A DNA stretch of 64,000 nt from an uncultured Actinomycetota bacterium (GCA_963757685.1 CAVWSW010000006.1:359083-423082); one strand, 5' to 3'. Positions 1-9,749 are shown, numbered from the stretch's first letter. Notes: a model not told the origin generated them from the sequence alone. Made by a program: numbers and translations.

Positions 1-83
1 GTGTCGAGCACCATGATGAACTGGGCGGCCGCGAGCATGATCATCACGGACCAGCTGGCCTTGGGGATTGATGGCGAGGTCAC
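1..83 (-). CDS. MFS transporter (DHA2/EmrB-QacA-like), 5' end only, runs off the window
   Basis: Manual translation from GTG at 83: MTSPSIPKASWSVMIMLAAAQFIMVLDT, a typical DHA2 TM1 motif (AQF..VLD). Confidence 0.65.
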   Translation of the reverse strand, partial: MTSPSIPKASWSVMIMLAAAQFIMVLD

Positions 84-132
84 GGGTGAAACGCTACTCG
101 TTTACGCCACCATCGTGCGTGACAATGGACGC

Positions 133-654
133 ATGATTCGCGATGCACTGCCCATGGACGATGCCGAACGGATCGCTGAGATCTATAACCACTACGTGAC
201 ACACGACATCGCCACCTTCGAGGTGGATCAGATCGGCGGGGCGGCCATGGCGAACCGCATCGCCGCCGTACAAGACGCGGGCTTGCCGTGGATTGTCGCC
301 ACCGACGCACTTGGCGTCGTGGGCTACGCATACGCCTCGCCATTCCAGGTGCGAGCGGCGTACCGACACACGCTATCGGTCTCCGTCTACCTCGATCGAG
401 CAGAGCGAGGCCACGGGCTTGGCCGCTCGCTTTACGCCGAATTAGTGCACCGCGTAGGACAACTGACCGAAGGACCGCATGCACCAGTGCACTCGCTCGT
501 TGCGGTTATCGCCCTGCCGAACCCCGCATCCGTCGCGGTGCACGAGGCTTTTGGTTTCACACATAGAGGAACGCTCGCGGACGCTGGCCGAAAGTTTGAT
601 GGCTGGATCGACGTTGGCTATTGGCAAAAAGCGCTGATTGAGCACACGGACTGA
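133..654 (+). CDS. GNAT N-acetyltransferase (phosphinothricin acetyltransferase/YncA-like)
   Basis: IYNHYV..ATFE, GYAYA..R.AY, SVY...RGHGLG, N.AS..HE.FGF and G.KF..W.DV motifs; ATG 133 follows GACAAT-N6. Confidence 0.85.
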   Translation: MIRDALPMDDAERIAEIYNHYVTHDIATFEVDQIGGAAMANRIAAVQDAGLPWIVATDALGVVGYAYASPFQVRAAYRHTLSVSVYLDRAERGHGLGRSLYAELVHRVGQLTEGPHAPVHSLVAVIALPNPASVAVHEAFGFTHRGTLADAGRKFDGWIDVGYWQKALIEHTD

Positions 655-806
655 CCTGTTCGGGTCCGCACGGCGCGGGCCAGATTTCTCACACTTCCTC
701 GCGCACGCACCCACCGAGCCACAACAATGGGTGCGTCGCGGCGTGGCCTGTGCCTTTTTGGTCGCGGCTCCCGGATATCGGGAAAATTGAATAGAAGGAA
801 ATCCAG

Positions 807-1223
807 ATGAAAACCCCCACCGAGAGGCGGGGATCCGAGGCCGGCTTTACGCTCGTCGAATTGCTGGTCGTCATCATCATTATCGGAATCCTCGCTGCAA
901 TCGCCATACCGATGTTCACGCATCAGAAGGCTAAGGCGGAGGATGCCGCTGCCAAGTCAGATATCGCGAATCTCGCAACCTTTGTGTTGGGAGCGATAAG
1001 TGAGACGGACGCGGTGCCCACAGTGACTGTGGTGGGCAATGCGTACGTGGTCAACGGCACAGAAGTTGTGGGTGCATCGCAACACGTAGTCTTCGGTGGC
1101 ATCACCGGGACAACCGTGAGCACGTGGTGCATTGACGTGACGAACCCCAACGGGTCAATCTCGGCAAGCCCTGGCTTCATGTACTCCGCTGCGAATGGAC
1201 TTACCCAAGGGCAGTGTCCTTAA
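807..1223 (+). CDS. Type IV pilin-like protein with class III signal peptide
   Basis: G|FTLVELLVVIIIIGILAAIAIP prepilin motif with E5; C-terminal Cys pair; AGAAGGA RBS. Confidence 0.9.
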   Translation: MKTPTERRGSEAGFTLVELLVVIIIIGILAAIAIPMFTHQKAKAEDAAAKSDIANLATFVLGAISETDAVPTVTVVGNAYVVNGTEVVGASQHVVFGGITGTTVSTWCIDVTNPNGSISASPGFMYSAANGLTQGQCP

Positions 1224-1238
1224 CATTTGTCAGCAAAC

Positions 1239-1280
1239 AAGCGGGCTCGGCTCCTCACGGAGCCGGGCCCGCTTTTCCTT
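1239..1280 (+). terminator. Intrinsic terminator after pilin gene
   Basis: AAGCGGGCTCGGCTCC-tcac-GGAGCCGGGCCCGCTT followed by TTCCTT. Confidence 0.8.
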
Positions 1281-1362
1281 GTCCAGTAGCGGCCGCCCGA
1301 CGCTCATGGTAGTTATGGTGCCATCACTGGTCTGGTGTGACGAAGGTCGAGAGGAGCGGGCC

Positions 1363-1728
1363 ATGAGCGCGCTGTGTTGGTTTGAGATTCCGTGTACCAA
1401 TTTCGAGCGCGCTACCGCGTTCTACGAGGCGGTGTTCGACGCCCCTCTCCAGCTTGAGGACATCGGCGACGGCAATCGCAAGTCGCTCTTCTTGCACGAG
1501 GGCACCCCTCAGGGCGCGGTGTCCTGGGGTCCAGACTGGACGCCTTCTGGAGTTGGCGTTGTCGTCTACTTCGACGCGGGGCCGGATCTCCAGGTAGTGC
1601 TTGACAGGGTCGTCGGAGCTGGCGGCGCGATCGTGGAGTCCAAGCAGACGGTGGACGCGACTTCAGGCTATTGGGGTCGTTTTCGAGACACAGAAGGCAA
1701 CATCATCGGGGTGTTGTCGCCCAACTAA
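1363..1728 (+). CDS. VOC/glyoxalase family protein
   Basis: WFEIP..ERA..FYE.VF, VYF, V..AGG, F.DTEGN.IG motifs; GAGGAG RBS. Confidence 0.85.
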   Translation: MSALCWFEIPCTNFERATAFYEAVFDAPLQLEDIGDGNRKSLFLHEGTPQGAVSWGPDWTPSGVGVVVYFDAGPDLQVVLDRVVGAGGAIVESKQTVDATSGYWGRFRDTEGNIIGVLSPN

Positions 1729-1769
1729 GAGAAGCGGCCCAGTTCCCCTCCGGGACCCGGGCCGTTCTC
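1729..1769. terminator. Hairpin between convergent VOC gene and metE
   Basis: GAGAAGCGGCCC...GGGCCGTTCTC imperfect inverted repeat. Confidence 0.55.
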
Positions 1770-1783
1770 AGTTAGTTTACTGA

Positions 1784-4111
1784 CTAGTTCGCGGCTCGCA
1801 CCGTGCGTGTGGCAGCCATGAGGTTTTTGAGGCTCTCGTTGGTCTCTGCGTAAGCGCGGGTCTTGAGGCCGCAGTCAGGGTTGACCCACAGCTGCTTGCC
1901 GGGAATCGACTCCTTCGCGAGCTGCAACAACTCGGTGATCTCCTGCTCTGAGGGAACGCGTGGCGAGTGGATGTCCCATACGCCGGGCCCAATCTGACGC
2001 TCGTAGCCGTGGTTGCGAATCGCGGGGAGAACCTCCATGCGGGATCGCGCGGCCTCGATCGAGGTGACGTCCGCGCCAAGGCCATCGATCGCGTCGATGA
2101 TCTCGCCGAACTCGGAGTAGCACAGGTGGGTGTGAACCTGCGTCGAGTCCTTGGCGCCAGAGGTGGACAGGCGGAACGAGTTCACGGACCACGCGAGGTA
2201 GGCCGCCTGGTCACGCTTCTTGAGAGGCAGCAGTTCGCGCAAGGCGGGCTCGTCTACCTGGATGATGCCGATGCCTGCGTCCTCGAGGTCGCGGATCTCC
2301 TGGCGAAGCGCAAGGCCAACCTGGTTGGCCGTGATGCCAAGCGGCTGGTCATCACGCACGAACGACCAAGCGAGGATCGTCACTGGGCCCGTGAGCATGC
2401 CCTTGACCGGCTTCTCAGAAAGCGACTGCGCGTACTCGGCCCAGCGCACGGTCATCGGCTTGGGCCGCGCAACGTCGCCCCACAGGATCGAGGGACGTGT
2501 GCAACGCGAGCCATATGACTGCACCCAGCCGTTGACCGTGACGTCGAAGCCGTCGAGCAGCTCAGCGAAGTACTGCACCATGTCGTTGCGCTCGGCCTCG
2601 CCGTGCACCAGCACGTCAAGCCCCAGCTCTTCCTGCAGGTCGACGACGGTCTTGATCTCGGCCTTCATCGCCTCTTCGTAGGCGGCGTCGTCGATCTCAC
2701 CCTTGGCCCATGCGGCGCGGGCCTTGCGAATCTCAGCGGTCTGCGGGAAAGAGCCGATGGTGGTGGTCGCGAGCTCAGGAAGGTGGAAGCGGGCGTCCTG
2801 CGCGGCCACGCGTACGGCATAAGGAGAGCGCTCCATGTCGGCGGAGGTCACGGCGTCAAGCGCGGCGCGCACATCGGCACGGTTGGTGCCGGGGTGTGCC
2901 TTGCGCGAAGCGAGCGCAGCGCGCGCCTCGCTCAAGGCGCTGGCCACGGTGTCTCCGCCCGAGCGTCGGGCCGCGGCGAGGGTGACGACCTCGGCAACCT
3001 TCTCGTCGGCGAAAGCGAGCCACGAGATCAGCTCTTCGCCAAGGTGCTCCTCTCCCTTGAGGGTGTGGGGAACGTGGAACAGAGAGGTAGAGGTGCCGAT
3101 GGAGACAACCGCACCGCGAGCGGCGACCGCGTCCGCCTTGGCGAGCGCCGCGTCAAGGTCCGTGCGCCAGATGTTGTGGCCGTCAACGACGCCCGCGACG
3201 ATCTGCACTCCCGCGAGGTCCGCAGCGGGAATCCCACCGCGCACGAGGTCGATCGCGATGGCGTCTACGCCGGCCGCGGTCAGCACGGGCAGCGCATCGT
3301 CGAGCGAGTTGTAGGGCGCGGCGACCAGCAGTTTGGGGCTCTTGGCGAGACCCGCGAGCGTGCCGTACACGGTCGCGGCGTTAGCGAGCACCTCTGCGCG
3401 ATCCGCGTCGATGTCCGCAACCAGCACGGGCTCGTCGATCTGCACCCACTCAGCCCCAGCGTCGGCCAGCTTGCCAAGCAGTTCGCTGTAGACAGCAAGC
3501 AGGTCAGCGAGACGCTCGATGGGGTGGAAGCCGCTAGGCGCGTCATCGGAAGGCTTGGCGAGGTAGAGGAACGTGAGGGGGCCCGTGATGACCGGGCGCG
3601 TGACGAAGCCGTCGGCCTTGGCCTCGAGGAACTCGTCAACCCAGCGATTCGAGCTGAGTGCGAAAACCGTCTCCGGGCCGATTTCCGGAACCAGGTAGTG
3701 GTAGTTCGAGTCGAACCACTTGGTCATCTCGAGCGGGGCCTTAGCGCCCTCGCCACGCGCGATAGTGGAGTAGCCGGCCAAGGTGACGGAGCCGTCGGCC
3801 TTGCGCAGGTCGGCGAAGCGCGTGGGTACGGCACCAAAGGTGACGGCGGCGTCAAGCACGTGGTCATAGAAGGAAAAGTTGCTGGGGATGGAGGAGTCCT
3901 TGGTGCCGAGCCCAAGCCCGCGCAGGTTCTCGCGGTTCTCTGCGCGCAGAGCGGCGGCTGCGGCCTCGAGGTCGGCCTCGCTCGTGGCGCCCTTCCAGAA
4001 GGATTCGAGCGCCTTCTTGAGCTCGCGCATGCGGCCGATGCGCGGGTATCCGAGGACGATTCCGCCGGGGAAGGCGGGCGCGGTGGCAGGGGCGTTTGTT
4101 GGCTCGGTCAT
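1784..4111 (-). CDS. metE: Cobalamin-independent methionine synthase
   Basis: GYPRIG..RELK, EMTKWFDSNYHY, TTTIGSFPQT, HTHLCYSE and WVNPDCGLKTR motifs; 775 aa. Confidence 0.97.
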   Translation of the reverse strand: MTEPTNAPATAPAFPGGIVLGYPRIGRMRELKKALESFWKGATSEADLEAAAAALRAENRENLRGLGLGTKDSSIPSNFSFYDHVLDAAVTFGAVPTRFADLRKADGSVTLAGYSTIARGEGAKAPLEMTKWFDSNYHYLVPEIGPETVFALSSNRWVDEFLEAKADGFVTRPVITGPLTFLYLAKPSDDAPSGFHPIERLADLLAVYSELLGKLADAGAEWVQIDEPVLVADIDADRAEVLANAATVYGTLAGLAKSPKLLVAAPYNSLDDALPVLTAAGVDAIAIDLVRGGIPAADLAGVQIVAGVVDGHNIWRTDLDAALAKADAVAARGAVVSIGTSTSLFHVPHTLKGEEHLGEELISWLAFADEKVAEVVTLAAARRSGGDTVASALSEARAALASRKAHPGTNRADVRAALDAVTSADMERSPYAVRVAAQDARFHLPELATTTIGSFPQTAEIRKARAAWAKGEIDDAAYEEAMKAEIKTVVDLQEELGLDVLVHGEAERNDMVQYFAELLDGFDVTVNGWVQSYGSRCTRPSILWGDVARPKPMTVRWAEYAQSLSEKPVKGMLTGPVTILAWSFVRDDQPLGITANQVGLALRQEIRDLEDAGIGIIQVDEPALRELLPLKKRDQAAYLAWSVNSFRLSTSGAKDSTQVHTHLCYSEFGEIIDAIDGLGADVTSIEAARSRMEVLPAIRNHGYERQIGPGVWDIHSPRVPSEQEITELLQLAKESIPGKQLWVNPDCGLKTRAYAETNESLKNLMAATRTVRAAN

Positions 4112-4277
4112 GATTCCTCGTGGAGGCTTGTGCGCGGCGGGCTCGCCATTGCGCTTTGTCGACGCCTGCGAGGCGCCGAAGGATGCCCCGCGATTCTAGC
4201 CGGTTCGTGCGTGCGTGGCCAGGCCGCGCTGTGGTCGCGCGGGAACAGGCTGCGAGAGCGCGTGCGACGATGGAGGC

Positions 4278-4697
4278 ATGGAAGAGATCGCACCCCGCTC
4301 AGTCACCCTTCGCCGCGAGTCCGAGGGCGTCTACATAGCCACCAATCCGGCCGGCGCCGAGATCCGCTTTGGCAATGCTCCCGATGCGTTTGGCAACGTG
4401 GAGTTGCTGCTCGCGGCTGTCGCCGGCTGCTCTGGCACGGACCTCGATGTGATGACGTCTCGGCGTGCCGAGCCCACCGCGTGGTCGGCATCGGTGACCG
4501 CAGACAAGGTCAATACGGACGGCGCAACCATCTTGCGCGACATCGTCGTCACGTTCCACGTGGAGTTCCCTGAAGGCGAGGACGGCGACAAGGCCCGCGC
4601 CCGCATCGAGCCCGCGCTCAAGGCCGCTCACGAGAAAACGTGCACCGTGTCACGCACCATCGAGCACGGCGCGAAGGTCACGCTGCAAGCGAGCTAA
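4278..4697 (+). CDS. OsmC/Ohr family protein
   Basis: ELLLAAVAGCSGTD and C-terminal CTVSRTI two-Cys signature. Confidence 0.85.
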   Translation: MEEIAPRSVTLRRESEGVYIATNPAGAEIRFGNAPDAFGNVELLLAAVAGCSGTDLDVMTSRRAEPTAWSASVTADKVNTDGATILRDIVVTFHVEFPEGEDGDKARARIEPALKAAHEKTCTVSRTIEHGAKVTLQAS

Positions 4698-5599
4698 CTG
4701 ACGTGAGGCTTGAGCGCCTGCACAAGGTCAAGCGCAGCCTCGTGGCGGTTGAACGTGATGATGTGGATGCCAGGGGCGCCGGCCGCAAGGAGCTCGCGCG
4801 ACAACTGAGCAGCGTGGGCGACTCCTGCGGCACGAGCCGCCGCGTCGTCGGCCTCCGCAGCCTCGAGGGCGGCACACAACTCAGCGGGCGTCGGGACGCC
4901 AGTGAGCTGTTCCGCATGAGCCGCCCGCCGCGCGGAGACGAGCGGCATGACCTCGGGCACGATGGGCATGGTGATGCCCTGCGCTCGCGCGTCAATGACG
5001 AGCGCCTCATACTGCGCGACGTCATAAAAGACCTGGGTAATCGCGAAATCGGCCCCCGCGTCCTGCTTGGCACGCAACACGTCGAGGCCCAGCTGCCGCC
5101 ATTGCTCCATCGCATGCTGGGCGGGGAAGGCCGTCACGCCAACGGACAAGTCATCGACGCCGTGCGCGTGCGCGACCTCGCGCAACAACTCCACGAGTTG
5201 GTACGCATACAACAGGCCGTCAGGGTGCGGCCGCCAGTCCGCCTGGCCCTGCGGCGGGTCGCCGCGCAAAGCGAGGAAGTCGCGCACGCCGTCGGCCAAG
5301 TAGGTCTCGATCACGGCGGCGAGCTCCGCTCGCGACTGATCAACACACGTGAGGTGCGCGAGCGGCGGGATGGTGTGTGCCTGAGCAAGCGCGTGGACAA
5401 CGGCGCGCGACGTTGACCGCGTAGACCCCGAGGCGCCATACGTGATCGACATGAAGTCCGGGTTTGTTGCCGCGAGCAGGCCCATCGTGAGCATCAGGGT
5501 GTCCTCGGCCGCTGTGGTGCGCGGCGGGAAGAGCTCATAGGAAAGCGTGGGCTCACGCTCGCCGCGCGCGGCGGCGTCGAGGAGGCTGCGGATCGTCAT
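4694..5599 (-). CDS. metF: 5,10-methylenetetrahydrofolate reductase
   Basis: SYELFPPR, SITYGASGS, AHLTC, LALRGDPP, AITQVFYD motifs. Confidence 0.95.
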   Translation of the reverse strand: MTIRSLLDAAARGEREPTLSYELFPPRTTAAEDTLMLTMGLLAATNPDFMSITYGASGSTRSTSRAVVHALAQAHTIPPLAHLTCVDQSRAELAAVIETYLADGVRDFLALRGDPPQGQADWRPHPDGLLYAYQLVELLREVAHAHGVDDLSVGVTAFPAQHAMEQWRQLGLDVLRAKQDAGADFAITQVFYDVAQYEALVIDARAQGITMPIVPEVMPLVSARRAAHAEQLTGVPTPAELCAALEAAEADDAAARAAGVAHAAQLSRELLAAGAPGIHIITFNRHEAALDLVQALKPHVS

Positions 5600-5706
5600 G
5601 GCGCTCGCAAGAATACGCGTCCCCAGGCCCGACGCTAGAACCAGTTATCCCCAGGGCTCGCCTTCCGCCGCACACCGTGTGGGCGGCGCGCGGCAGACTG
5701 GGCCGC

Positions 5707-6276
5707 ATGATCACTGAGACAAACGACATGATCCGCTGTTTTGGCGCAGGCGACCCTCTCTATGAGCAGTATCACGACCACGAGTGGGGAACGCCGGTGC
5801 ACGGCGACTCCGCGATCTTTGAGCGCATCGTGCTCGAGGGCGCCCAGTCCGGACTGTCGTGGATAACCATCCTGCGCAAACGCGAGGGGTACCGCGAGGC
5901 GTTCGCTGCGTTCGACCCCGAGGCGGTCGCAACTTTCACCGACGCGGACTTCGATCGGCTCATGGACAACCCTGGCATCGTGCGCAATCGCCTCAAGATC
6001 GCGTCCGCGATCACCAACGCGAAGGCGGTGGTCGCAATGCGCGAGGCTGGCGAAAGCCTCGATGAGCTCTTTTGGAGTTTCCAGCCGCCAGCGCGCAAGC
6101 GACCGCCCGTGTCGTGGGCGGAGGTGCCCGGCTTCACGGACGAGTCAAAGGCGCTCGCGAAGGCGCTCAAGCAGCGCGGGTTCGTGTTCGTTGGTCCAAC
6201 GACGATGTACGCATCGATGCAGGCATGCGGCCTGGTAAACGACCACATCAAGGGATGCGTGGCGCTCAAGCGCTAG
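5707..6276 (+). CDS. tag: DNA-3-methyladenine glycosylase I
   Basis: YHDHEWG, LEGAQSGLSWITILRKR, FVGPTT.Y..MQA.GLVNDH..C. Confidence 0.95.
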   Translation: MITETNDMIRCFGAGDPLYEQYHDHEWGTPVHGDSAIFERIVLEGAQSGLSWITILRKREGYREAFAAFDPEAVATFTDADFDRLMDNPGIVRNRLKIASAITNAKAVVAMREAGESLDELFWSFQPPARKRPPVSWAEVPGFTDESKALAKALKQRGFVFVGPTTMYASMQACGLVNDHIKGCVALKR

Positions 6277-6297
6277 CGCCGCCAAAGCGCTAGGGCG

Positions 6298-6807
6298 TTA
6301 GCAGTACGCCTTGCGGTGACGCTCGACGGCGTCCTCGATGCACGCCTCGACGACGCGCTTGTCCGCAGGCAACCACGCCACGTCCCGCCACGCTCCCGGC
6401 TCTAGCCAGCGCACGGCGTCATGATCTTCGAGCGCCCTGACTTGCGGGATCACCCCGTCAACGCCCGGCGCGACTGTCGCCCACCAGATGCGCAACACGA
6501 GCCGCACACCCTCGACGTCTCCGGGGCGCAGCATCCACACGGGTTCATCGCAGCCGTAGTCGCCGCCGTCGTCCGGCCCAGGAATCTCGTCGCCAAGCAA
6601 CACCTCGATGCCGAGCTCTTCGCGCAGTTCGCGGCGTAGCGCGCCCTCCACGGTCTCGCCTCGCTCCACCTTGCCGCCGGGGAACTCCCACAGGCCGGCG
6701 AGGGCGGCTGGCGCGTTGCGCCGCGCAGCAAGCAACAATCGCGGCACCTCAAGGGAATCGGTGAGGGCAACCGCCACCACCAGCCGCGTGCCGCTAGCCG
6801 CGCTCAT
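6298..6807 (-). CDS. NUDIX hydrolase (MutT/NudG-like)
   Basis: WEFPGGKVERGETVEGALRRELREELG Nudix box; WLPAD. Confidence 0.88.
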   Translation of the reverse strand: MSAASGTRLVVAVALTDSLEVPRLLLAARRNAPAALAGLWEFPGGKVERGETVEGALRRELREELGIEVLLGDEIPGPDDGGDYGCDEPVWMLRPGDVEGVRLVLRIWWATVAPGVDGVIPQVRALEDHDAVRWLEPGAWRDVAWLPADKRVVEACIEDAVERHRKAYC

Positions 6808-6810
6808 GGG

Positions 6811-7194
6811 TTACGCCGTGAGCTCTCCGTAGGCGGCGGCGTCGAGCAAGCCCGCTGGGGCCTCGGTCAAGGTGACCTTAAAGATCCACCCGCCGGCGAA
6901 CGCGTCCGCATTGATGTTCCCTGGCTCTGAGGTGAGCGCTTCGTTGACCGTGGTCACCGTGCCCGTCACGGGAGAGTAAAGCTCGCTAACGGCCTTCGTG
7001 GATTCAAGCTCGCCGCACACCTGGCCCGCCGTCACGCTCCCACCCACAGTGGGGGCCTCGACGTAGACGATGTCGCCAAGAGCGTCGGCCGCGTGCTCGG
7101 TGATGCCCACCGTCACCTGGCCGCCAACGACCAGTTCGCCGTCCACCCACTCATGCTCAACCGAGTACTTCAAGTTCTCTGGAACGCTTGCCAT
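6811..7194 (-). CDS. gcvH: Glycine cleavage system H protein
   Basis: HEWV, GITEHAADALGDIVYV, lipoyl motif ESTKAVSELYSP. Confidence 0.95.
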   Translation of the reverse strand: MASVPENLKYSVEHEWVDGELVVGGQVTVGITEHAADALGDIVYVEAPTVGGSVTAGQVCGELESTKAVSELYSPVTGTVTTVNEALTSEPGNINADAFAGGWIFKVTLTEAPAGLLDAAAYGELTA

Positions 7195-7217
7195 TTCCGG
7201 ATCTCGCCTCTCTCTCG

Positions 7218-8336
7218 TCACGCCCGCCGGTACAAAGGTAACGCCGCAACCGTCATCGGTTCGCCCCTGCCCCGCACGTCGATCAGCACCTGTGTGCCGG
7301 GTTCGCTCGCCGACGGTTCCACATAGGCCATCCCGATGGGTCGCCCAAGCGTTGGAGAGGGGGCGCCAGACGTCACCTCGCCGAGGCGTGTGCCGTCGGC
7401 GTCGGTGACGGCGTAGCCAGTACGCGGGGAGCGGCGGCCGTCACCAACGAGGCCAACAAGCACTCGCGTGGGGGCGGCGTCGCGCGCCGCCTCTAGTGCC
7501 GCCCGCCCAACGAAATCGCCCCGCGGGCTGGCTTCCGTACCAAAGGCGATGACGCGGCCAAGGCCAGCATCGAAGGGTGTGGTCTCGCGAGTGAGTTCTT
7601 GACCATAGAGCGGCATGCCGGCCTCGAGCCGCAACGTGTCGCGCGATGAGAGCCCGCACGGTGTCAGCGCGTCGCCTCCCACCGCGAGCGCCAGACGCCA
7701 CACGGCAACAGCCTCGTCAGCGCCAACGAAGAGCTCAAAACCGTCCTCGCCCGTGTAACCGGTACGCGCCACAAACGCATGGATATCGCCGTCGAGCACA
7801 ACGTTCGTTGCGGCGTAATACGGCAACGTGTCGAGGTTCTCCGCGTCGCGAGCGATCATCGCGCGCACGATGCCGGGCGACGCCGGCCCCTGCACGGCGA
7901 TGAGGGCCACCGCTGCGGACTCGTCGTGGAGCGTCACCGCGAAGAGCCCAGCGCGACTATTGAGTTCCGCAAACACCGTGTCCTTGTTAGAGGCATTTGC
8001 CACGATGACGAAGTGGTCCCAATCGCGGCGATAGGCCACCAAATCGTCGATCACGCCGCCGTCAGGTGCGCAGATCATCGTGTACTTCGCCTTGCCGAGC
8101 GCCATGGCGCCCATGCGCCCAATGAGCGCGTACTCGAGGAACGCAACCGCATCCGCGCCCCGCACCGCGATCTCCCCCATATGGGAAAGATCGAAGAGGC
8201 CCGCGGAGGTGCGCACCGCGACGTGCTCCGCGATATCGCCGGTGTAGCGAACTGGCATTTCCCAGCCAGCAAAGTCAACGAGCGTTGCGCCGAGCGCAAC
8301 ATGTTCGTCGTGAAGCGGAGAGCGGAGCGGGTTCAC
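7218..8336 (-). CDS. gcvT: Glycine cleavage system aminomethyltransferase T
   Basis: FAGWEMPVRY, LFDLSHMG, RTGYTGEDGFE, RDTLRLEAGMPLYG; GTG start after TACGGT-N6. Confidence 0.95.
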   Translation of the reverse strand: MNPLRSPLHDEHVALGATLVDFAGWEMPVRYTGDIAEHVAVRTSAGLFDLSHMGEIAVRGADAVAFLEYALIGRMGAMALGKAKYTMICAPDGGVIDDLVAYRRDWDHFVIVANASNKDTVFAELNSRAGLFAVTLHDESAAVALIAVQGPASPGIVRAMIARDAENLDTLPYYAATNVVLDGDIHAFVARTGYTGEDGFELFVGADEAVAVWRLALAVGGDALTPCGLSSRDTLRLEAGMPLYGQELTRETTPFDAGLGRVIAFGTEASPRGDFVGRAALEAARDAAPTRVLVGLVGDGRRSPRTGYAVTDADGTRLGEVTSGAPSPTLGRPIGMAYVEPSASEPGTQVLIDVRGRGEPMTVAALPLYRRA

Positions 8337-8376
8337 AGCACAACCGTACTTGAGACCGCAATCTTCACGTGCGCGG

Positions 8377-8937
8377 TCACTCCTGACCGGCAAGCAAGGC
8401 GATGATCCAAATGATCGCGGCGGTGACGATCGCGGCTGTAAGGCCCACCACTATCGCGGTCGTGATCAGCCGCTTGTGGCGAGCGGCCTCGCGACGCGCT
8501 CGCGCCTGGGCAGGGTCTTGGACTCCTACGTTTTCCGGCACGGGCGTGGCGCGCGCGGGCTCTGGCGGAAGGCTGATGGGAGCGGCACGCGGCACGTACT
8601 CCTCTGCAGGTTTGCCGAATTCTCCGCGTTCCGCGACCGCGCCGCCGATCTCGCCGGGCGGCAACGCGGGCAACGCAGGTTTGCGCGTGGGCGCGGCTGT
8701 GGACTTACCCTTTGCGCGCCGAGACAAGCGGGTCGCGTCGGCTGTCTCATCATCAACCGCCATGTGGCGCGAAGAGAGCTCTGTGTATTCGTCGGGTTCG
8801 GTCGCCAGCTGGTCGCGCACGCGTACCGACAGCAGCGTGACGTCTTCCGCCTCCTTGTTGCGTTCGGAGAGTTCCGTCGAGTCCGCGACGGCTTCCGTAG
8901 CCGGCTGCGCAACTACGGGTTCACCGGGCTCCGTCAT
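8377..8937 (-). CDS. Hypothetical membrane-anchored protein (disordered cytoplasmic part, C-terminal TM); last gene of kinase operon
   Basis: ATG overlaps PP2C stop (ATGA); C-terminal hydrophobic helix; D/E-x-T motifs (EDVT, DEYT, DDET). Confidence 0.7.
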   Translation of the reverse strand: MTEPGEPVVAQPATEAVADSTELSERNKEAEDVTLLSVRVRDQLATEPDEYTELSSRHMAVDDETADATRLSRRAKGKSTAAPTRKPALPALPPGEIGGAVAERGEFGKPAEEYVPRAAPISLPPEPARATPVPENVGVQDPAQARARREAARHKRLITTAIVVGLTAAIVTAAIIWIIALLAGQE

Positions 8938-9749
8938 GCCCACACCCTCACTCGCGTGGTCTGCGTGGTGTCGTCGTCTGAAGGGTCTTCCGTCCACATG
9001 CGCCACGGCGCCGCCTCGGCGCCCGCGCTCGTGCGTACGCCAACCGCTTGCACCACCACTGCCGTGACGTTGTCGGACGTCTTACCCGCGAGGGCCGCGT
9101 CCACGAGGCGCTCTGCGACGTCGGCCCCTGACAGCCTCACCACCTCGGCAATGCGCGAATCGGTGACGGCCCTTGTCAGCCCGTCCGAACACACCACGAG
9201 CCACTCTCCCGGAACGGCCGGCATGAGCCACGCGTCGAAGCCGAGCATGCCGTCCCCAATAGCTCGCGTCACCACATTGCGCTCGGGATGAGTCAGCGCC
9301 TCAACCGCCGTGATCTCGCCCGCGTCAAGCAGGTCTTGCACGTACGAGTGATCAACGGTCACTTGCTGGATGAAGTTTTCGGTCACGCGATAGACACGCG
9401 AATCACCAACGTTGACGACCATCCACCATGGCTCGCCGTTGTGCTCAACCGCCACCACTCCCGTGAGGGTCGAGCCCGAGTGGCTACCCACTTGTGCGGA
9501 GATAGCCATCACGTCGACTTGTGCCTGCTCCACGGCGGCGGCGACCTCGTCTGGGCCAATGACAGGGGCGCCTACCAGTGGCAAGAAGGCCTCGACCACC
9601 GCTGCACTCGCCGCCGCCCCGGCCGCGTGCCCGCCCATGCCGTCGGCCACGATGAATACCGGACCGGACGCGCAATAGGAGTCCTCGTTACGTGGACGTG
9701 GACCCGCATCGGTCGCCCCTCTGCCAACACCCCACTGCATGGTCCTCAT
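8934..9749 (-). CDS. PP2C/PPM family Ser/Thr protein phosphatase
   Basis: R..NED, VADGMGGH, NVGDSRVY, CSDGL, DNVT motifs. Confidence 0.93.
   Translation of the reverse strand: MRTMQWGVGRGATDAGPRPRNEDSYCASGPVFIVADGMGGHAAGAAASAAVVEAFLPLVGAPVIGPDEVAAAVEQAQVDVMAISAQVGSHSGSTLTGVVAVEHNGEPWWMVVNVGDSRVYRVTENFIQQVTVDHSYVQDLLDAGEITAVEALTHPERNVVTRAIGDGMLGFDAWLMPAVPGEWLVVCSDGLTRAVTDSRIAEVVRLSGADVAERLVDAALAGKTSDNVTAVVVQAVGVRTSAGAEAAPWRMWTEDPSDDDTTQTTRVRVWA

Noticed and set aside
655-806. c-di-GMP or c-di-AMP riboswitch before the pilin
   Set aside because: Consensus motifs not recognisable by eye; only generic hairpins
2603-4573. Long antisense ORFs (opposite metE; likewise opposite gcvP, glgP, rmlB)
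   Set aside because: Shadow frames expected from high-GC codon bias; no protein motifs
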